Below are positions 31,130 to 31,305 of a stretch of 31,305 nt of DNA, piece after piece (within the stretch, counting starts at the first letter, position 1; every line of letters starts with the position of its first letter). Origin of the DNA: Octopus sinensis. Its lineage: Eukaryota. The notes below the pieces were generated by a model. The model ran no database searches and had not been told where the DNA came from. It saw nothing but the letters and a program-made list of their open reading frames with translations. The stretch is from contig NW_021832194.1 of assembly GCF_006345805.1 (NCBI RefSeq), positions 1-31,305 on the forward strand, written 5' to 3'. The translations under genes and the position numbers were made by a program.

Positions 31130-31305
31130 GCAGTGGCGGCGCTGCTGGTGGCGACGGCGGTGGAGGTGTGGTGGTGGTGGTGGTGGGGGAGATGGCCGGT
31201 GGTAGTGATGGTGGTGTGGCGGTGATATAGGTAGTGTTGAGATACGGAATCTGTAGCCGTTATAGCTGGGTACCCTGTAATGGTGGTAGTGGTAGAGGTG
31301 GTGGT
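31130..31305. repeat. (GGT)n-rich low-complexity region
   Basis: Direct reading. Confidence 0.8.

Noticed and set aside
31120-31305. Gly-rich exon after ttgtctgcag
   Set aside because: Indistinguishable from a (GGT)n microsatellite.

Overview
AT-rich, microsatellite-dense eukaryotic DNA made almost entirely of transposon relics. The repeat types suggest an octopus or other coleoid cephalopod; this is recognition from memory, not a database search. No host protein-coding gene can be called with confidence, and most listed ORFs are translations of microsatellites. Supported content: a near-intact IR-DR Tc1 transposon (DD34E), two mariner relics, fragments of three LINE clades (R4/Dong-like, CR1/L2-like, RTE), many tRNA-derived SINEs, a non-autonomous Helitron, a Tc1-type MITE and an intron-containing tRNA-Tyr half flanked by a 9-bp duplication. 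The main hidden structure is four long DNA palindromes. Three of them (9929-10614, 26451-26953, 29816-30289) are unrelated in sequence, yet each carries type I hammerhead ribozyme motifs pointing outward from the centre (complete in five of six arms), with self-complementary stem III loops. They look like non-autonomous head-to-head fold-back derivatives of Penelope-like element termini. Further solo and partial hammerhead motifs lie at 25.9-30.4 kb. The fourth palindrome (11950-12980) is an inverted duplication of LINE reverse transcriptase sequence and may be very recent or an assembly artefact.
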